Assembly: GCA_047602765.1 (NCBI GenBank)
Contig: JBLKOL010000003.1
Coordinates: 1 to 58,451 of the forward strand
Length of the DNA: 58,451 bases
Direction: 5' to 3'
Origin: Candidatus Woesearchaeota archaeon
GTDB taxonomy: Archaea > Nanobdellota > Nanobdellia > Woesearchaeales > WAPJ01
Shown here: positions 58,097 to 58,451 of the stretch, piece by piece
Layout of the letters: each line of letters starts with the position of its first letter
Numbering within the stretch: the first letter of the stretch is position 1
Made by a program: the position numbers and the translations under genes
Notes under the pieces: generated by a model
What the model was told of the DNA's origin: nothing
What the model saw: the letters and a program-made list of their open reading frames with translations, nothing else
Database searches by the model: none

Positions 58097-58350
58097 CGGG
58101 GCACGCCAAGGTTCCCTCGATCGACGACCTCAGGATAGTAGATCCACCCGATCTTCCCCCGAGCGTCAATCGATATCTTACGCGAAGCGAGCAAGTAGTC
58201 GATCGTTACTTTGAACGTTTGATACATCATCCGCTTGGGCAACGAACGCCAAAGTTCAGCGCGCCGGAACGCTCCATCATGCTCTTTGATGAACGCTTCG
58301 ACCATGAGCACCGTGTCGAGACGCGGATACCGAACAGCTCGAACCATCAT
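58093..58350 (-). CDS. Putative antitoxin (small wHTH-like protein)
   Basis: YPRLDTVLMVE..ELWRSLPK.MMYQTF..IDYL..KI motif; antitoxin position upstream of the toxin. Confidence 0.6.
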   Translation of the reverse strand: MMVRAVRYPRLDTVLMVEAFIKEHDGAFRRAELWRSLPKRMMYQTFKVTIDYLLASRKISIDARGKIGWIYYPEVVDRGNLGVPR

Positions 58351-58451
58351 ATCAGTTGATACACTTCTCTTTATGTGTGTTTCGAACGGAAACGCAATTC
58401 ATATCCATTCGTAGTCGCTCACCGCGGGCCTTCCGGATCACGAGCCACACG

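Noticed and set aside
58405-58451. CCGGAAGG on the minus strand resembling SRP RNA helix 8
   Set aside because: Flanking CAGG/AGCA elements are absent and the sequence is truncated by the window end

Overview
Gene-dense, GC-rich archaeal chromosomal segment. It is probably a DPANN archaeon of the Woesearchaeota type (inference from archaeal translation, exosome and proteasome genes, TFE, LonB, class III signal peptide, face-to-face histone and small compact genes), and many proteins are acidic. Housekeeping content: EF-2, EF-1alpha, S10, S7, L7Ae, S28e, L24e, NDK, ArgRS, GluRS, the pop5-psmA-SBDS-rrp4-rrp41-rrp42-rpo6 operon, Bud32, Pth2, TFE, LonB, GdhA and eight tRNA genes (two with BHB introns). 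No rRNA, CRISPR array, integrase or transposase was recognised. The two most interesting loci are uncharacterised operons. (1) 22.9-27.7 kb: a fully ATGA/GTGA-coupled ArsR, Trx-CcdA-like membrane protein, orphan GcvH, CoA-disulfide-reductase-like flavoprotein, LplA, LplB, lipoprotein operon, which looks like a lipoate-based trans-membrane thiol redox relay. (2) 12.3-16.6 kb: a MATCAP/DUF1704 carboxypeptidase divergent from an MscS-pseudo-C39 fusion, a dead RimK and an active RimK, which looks like a glutamylation writer/eraser module tied to a mechanosensitive channel. Also notable: a lytic-transglycosylase-like protein and a LysM protein in an archaeon, a frameshifted ~1,445-aa pilin-signal surface protein ending in a pseudo-zincin, a K-turn in the rpl7ae leader, a structured tfe leader, and two tRNAs followed by T-ATG. 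All functional calls are from motif recognition by eye; no searches were run.
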